DNA from: Geosiphon pyriformis uo1
Taxonomy: Eukaryota > Fungi > Glomeromycota
DNA: 64,000 bases
Direction of reading: 5' to 3'
Assembly (NCBI GenBank): GCA_016748015.1
Contig: JAAOMT010000483.1
Span: 124,001 to 188,000 of the forward strand
Below the pieces are notes generated by a model that saw only the letters and a program-made list of their open reading frames with translations, did not search any database and had not been told where the DNA came from. The translations under genes were made by a program, and so were the position numbers. Each line of letters starts with the position of its first letter. The first letter of the stretch is position 1. This document shows positions 62,264 to 64,000 of the stretch, piece after piece.

Positions 62264-64000
62264 TGGAGTGAAGGCAATAAAGAGGAACCTGAACCAGCAC
62301 ACAAGAAATCCAATCTCGCCAAAACAGAACTAACTGAAGCCTCCAGAGCCGACATTTTAGACTCCAAACCACCCACCTTGGTAGTTAGAACCTTCGAACT
62401 ACTCGAATTTAAGCCACCACCCATATCAATACTTGGAAAATGGTGATTAGATAATGCCAATTCACCATCCAGAGCCATATCAGAATCCAAACCAGGGGCC
62501 AAAGGCACAGATCCAACCAGAAGAGGGGCACCAGAAGATGGAACCATGGGCACCAATTCAACAAAACTCAATTTCCTTAAAATATCAGACACTTGGTCAG
62601 CCAACAACTCGAGAGAGCATTCCAAAGATGCCAAGTGAGCATTCAAAGAAGAGTCGACAAGTGTAGAAGAAGGAGAACCACCACCCAAATCTGGGGTCAT
62701 ACAGTGAGAGGAATCAGCACCAAGACCAAAACCAGAAGGAGAGCCACCAGAAGGGAAAGCAAGAGAGACTACCTGGGTCCACGATTTGCCACCAAAAGCA
62801 GCAGAGTGGGATATAGGAACATTTTTCTTTGCATATAACTTGGCCAATTGGAGACAATCCACACTAGGAGCACACCTTTTATTAAAATTAATTAAGAAAT
62901 CAGAAGATGACGTATCTAATGCATCGCACTCTAAAGCCAAATGTCCAAGATGCCCACATTTTCCACACCAAACCAAATCCAGCCTAACTCAAGAAAGATG
63001 AACACCACCAAAAACAGGCTCAGTGAGAAAAGCAAAATTCAAATCATTCTCGGATTCGAAGCCAACTACAGCACAGCGAACCCTATTGCCAGTGTCCAAT
63101 GAATGATTAATAATACAAGTTCTGCCACCAGTTTTATCCAAAAGATTACTAAGGTCATGTGCTGTTGTTCCCACCGGCAACATAAACAGAAGCATCCTAA
63201 AACAATCCCTAAAGGCCCAGATATCGCAATCTCTCACAGCTTTTGTCATATGCACAGAGTCTTTTTCAATTAAGAAGGACCATTTTGAAGCCAATTGCTC
63301 TGTCTGTCCTAATTTGGTGAATTCCACTACAGCCTTCTGCCACATACCAACCAACTGGATTTTGATTGACTTAATTTGCCCAAACTCAGAAACTGTGGCG
63401 ACGATCATTTCTTTTGGCATATTCATGGGAATTTCTTTGATCACCACAGCCCAATCTGAACGAAGCCCTTGTTTCCTCACATTATTGTTTATAACGATCT
63501 CCTCTTTTTTGGCCAATAATACAGCTTTCCTCATGTTCTCCTCAGATGTAAATGTTAATCAGATAATTCCTTCAAATTTTGAGGAGATAGTGGCCCCCCC
63601 AAAACTATTGATCTTTGAAAAAACCTTCCTGATTAAATGAGTTTTCGCCATTGCCGATTTGCCTTCAACAGCTGAAAGATTGATATCCAAGACAAAAAAT
63701 TTCTTAACTGCCACCTCTATAAGAGTTTTGATGATTTTGGGATCGATCCAGATTTTATCCAAAGGAACCTTTTTCATAAGGGGGGGTGGAAGGGGCTTCA
63801 TCTTTTCATCCATCTCAAAGTCAGGAGAACCAATAATAGAACCAAAATTCACACTAGTATTCACACGTTTAGTCTTGGGAGTATTAACAGCTGAACCCAA
63901 AAGAAAATCATCAAAACCACCAGACATACTAACATTCTCATCATCATTAGAAAGGCTTTCTACATCGGAATATACACTAGCACTAGAACCAGACTTCAAA
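62260..64000 (-). pseudogene. LINE D ORF1, disrupted and partial
   Basis: ORF pieces 63559-63999, 62989-63534 and 62260-62976, homologous to LINE B ORF1. Confidence 0.88.

Larger units (their letters stand above)
57441..64000 (-). mobile_element. LINE copy D (second subfamily, same as copy A); 5' end off window
   Basis: ORF1 62260-64000 (CGKCGHLGHLALEC). ORF2 57578-62263 with DMRKAYDSVGW, AFVD, RNase H DGSL/ELQAV/KVKGHSGIPGN and CLFCDEVEFSDHTFIC. T10 tail at 57441-57450. Confidence 0.95.

Overview
Eukaryotic, intron-rich, AT-rich fungal DNA. Gene and transposon style suggests an early-diverging fungus, probably Glomeromycotina (inference). Two compact host-gene islands are present. The first (17.1-32.1 kb) holds MPP10, a membrane-anchored RlpA/expansin-like gene, a Siva-like Zn-finger gene, MAK32/pfkB, PSD1, URC4/DUF1688 and ATP16. 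The second (51.2-56.1 kb) holds MIOS/SEA4. The islands are separated by nests of decayed retroelements and almost GC-free AT deserts. There are four copies of an RNase H-bearing LINE (two subfamilies) and three copies of one Ty3/Gypsy family, including a complete 9.9-kb provirus (36433-46319) with ~974-bp LTRs, PBS, PPT and a 4-bp TSD. The best candidate for an undescribed system is this Gypsy family and its relation to the LINEs and to host defence. It carries an unrecognised Cys-rich domain plus a dUTPase between protease and RT, a conserved extra ORF in the env position, structured U5 hairpins, and a gag frame running through the LTR/PBS. All three copies sit in the same ~440-bp RNase H region of the LINE. 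LTR-LTR divergence is almost purely C/T-G/A and mostly non-CpG (RIP/deaminase-like). Other notable signals: a covarying multi-stem LINE 3'UTR RNA structure, a conserved ATGA ORF1/ORF2 overlap, and an intron carrying both U2 and U12 splice signals. All comparisons were made by eye without tools.
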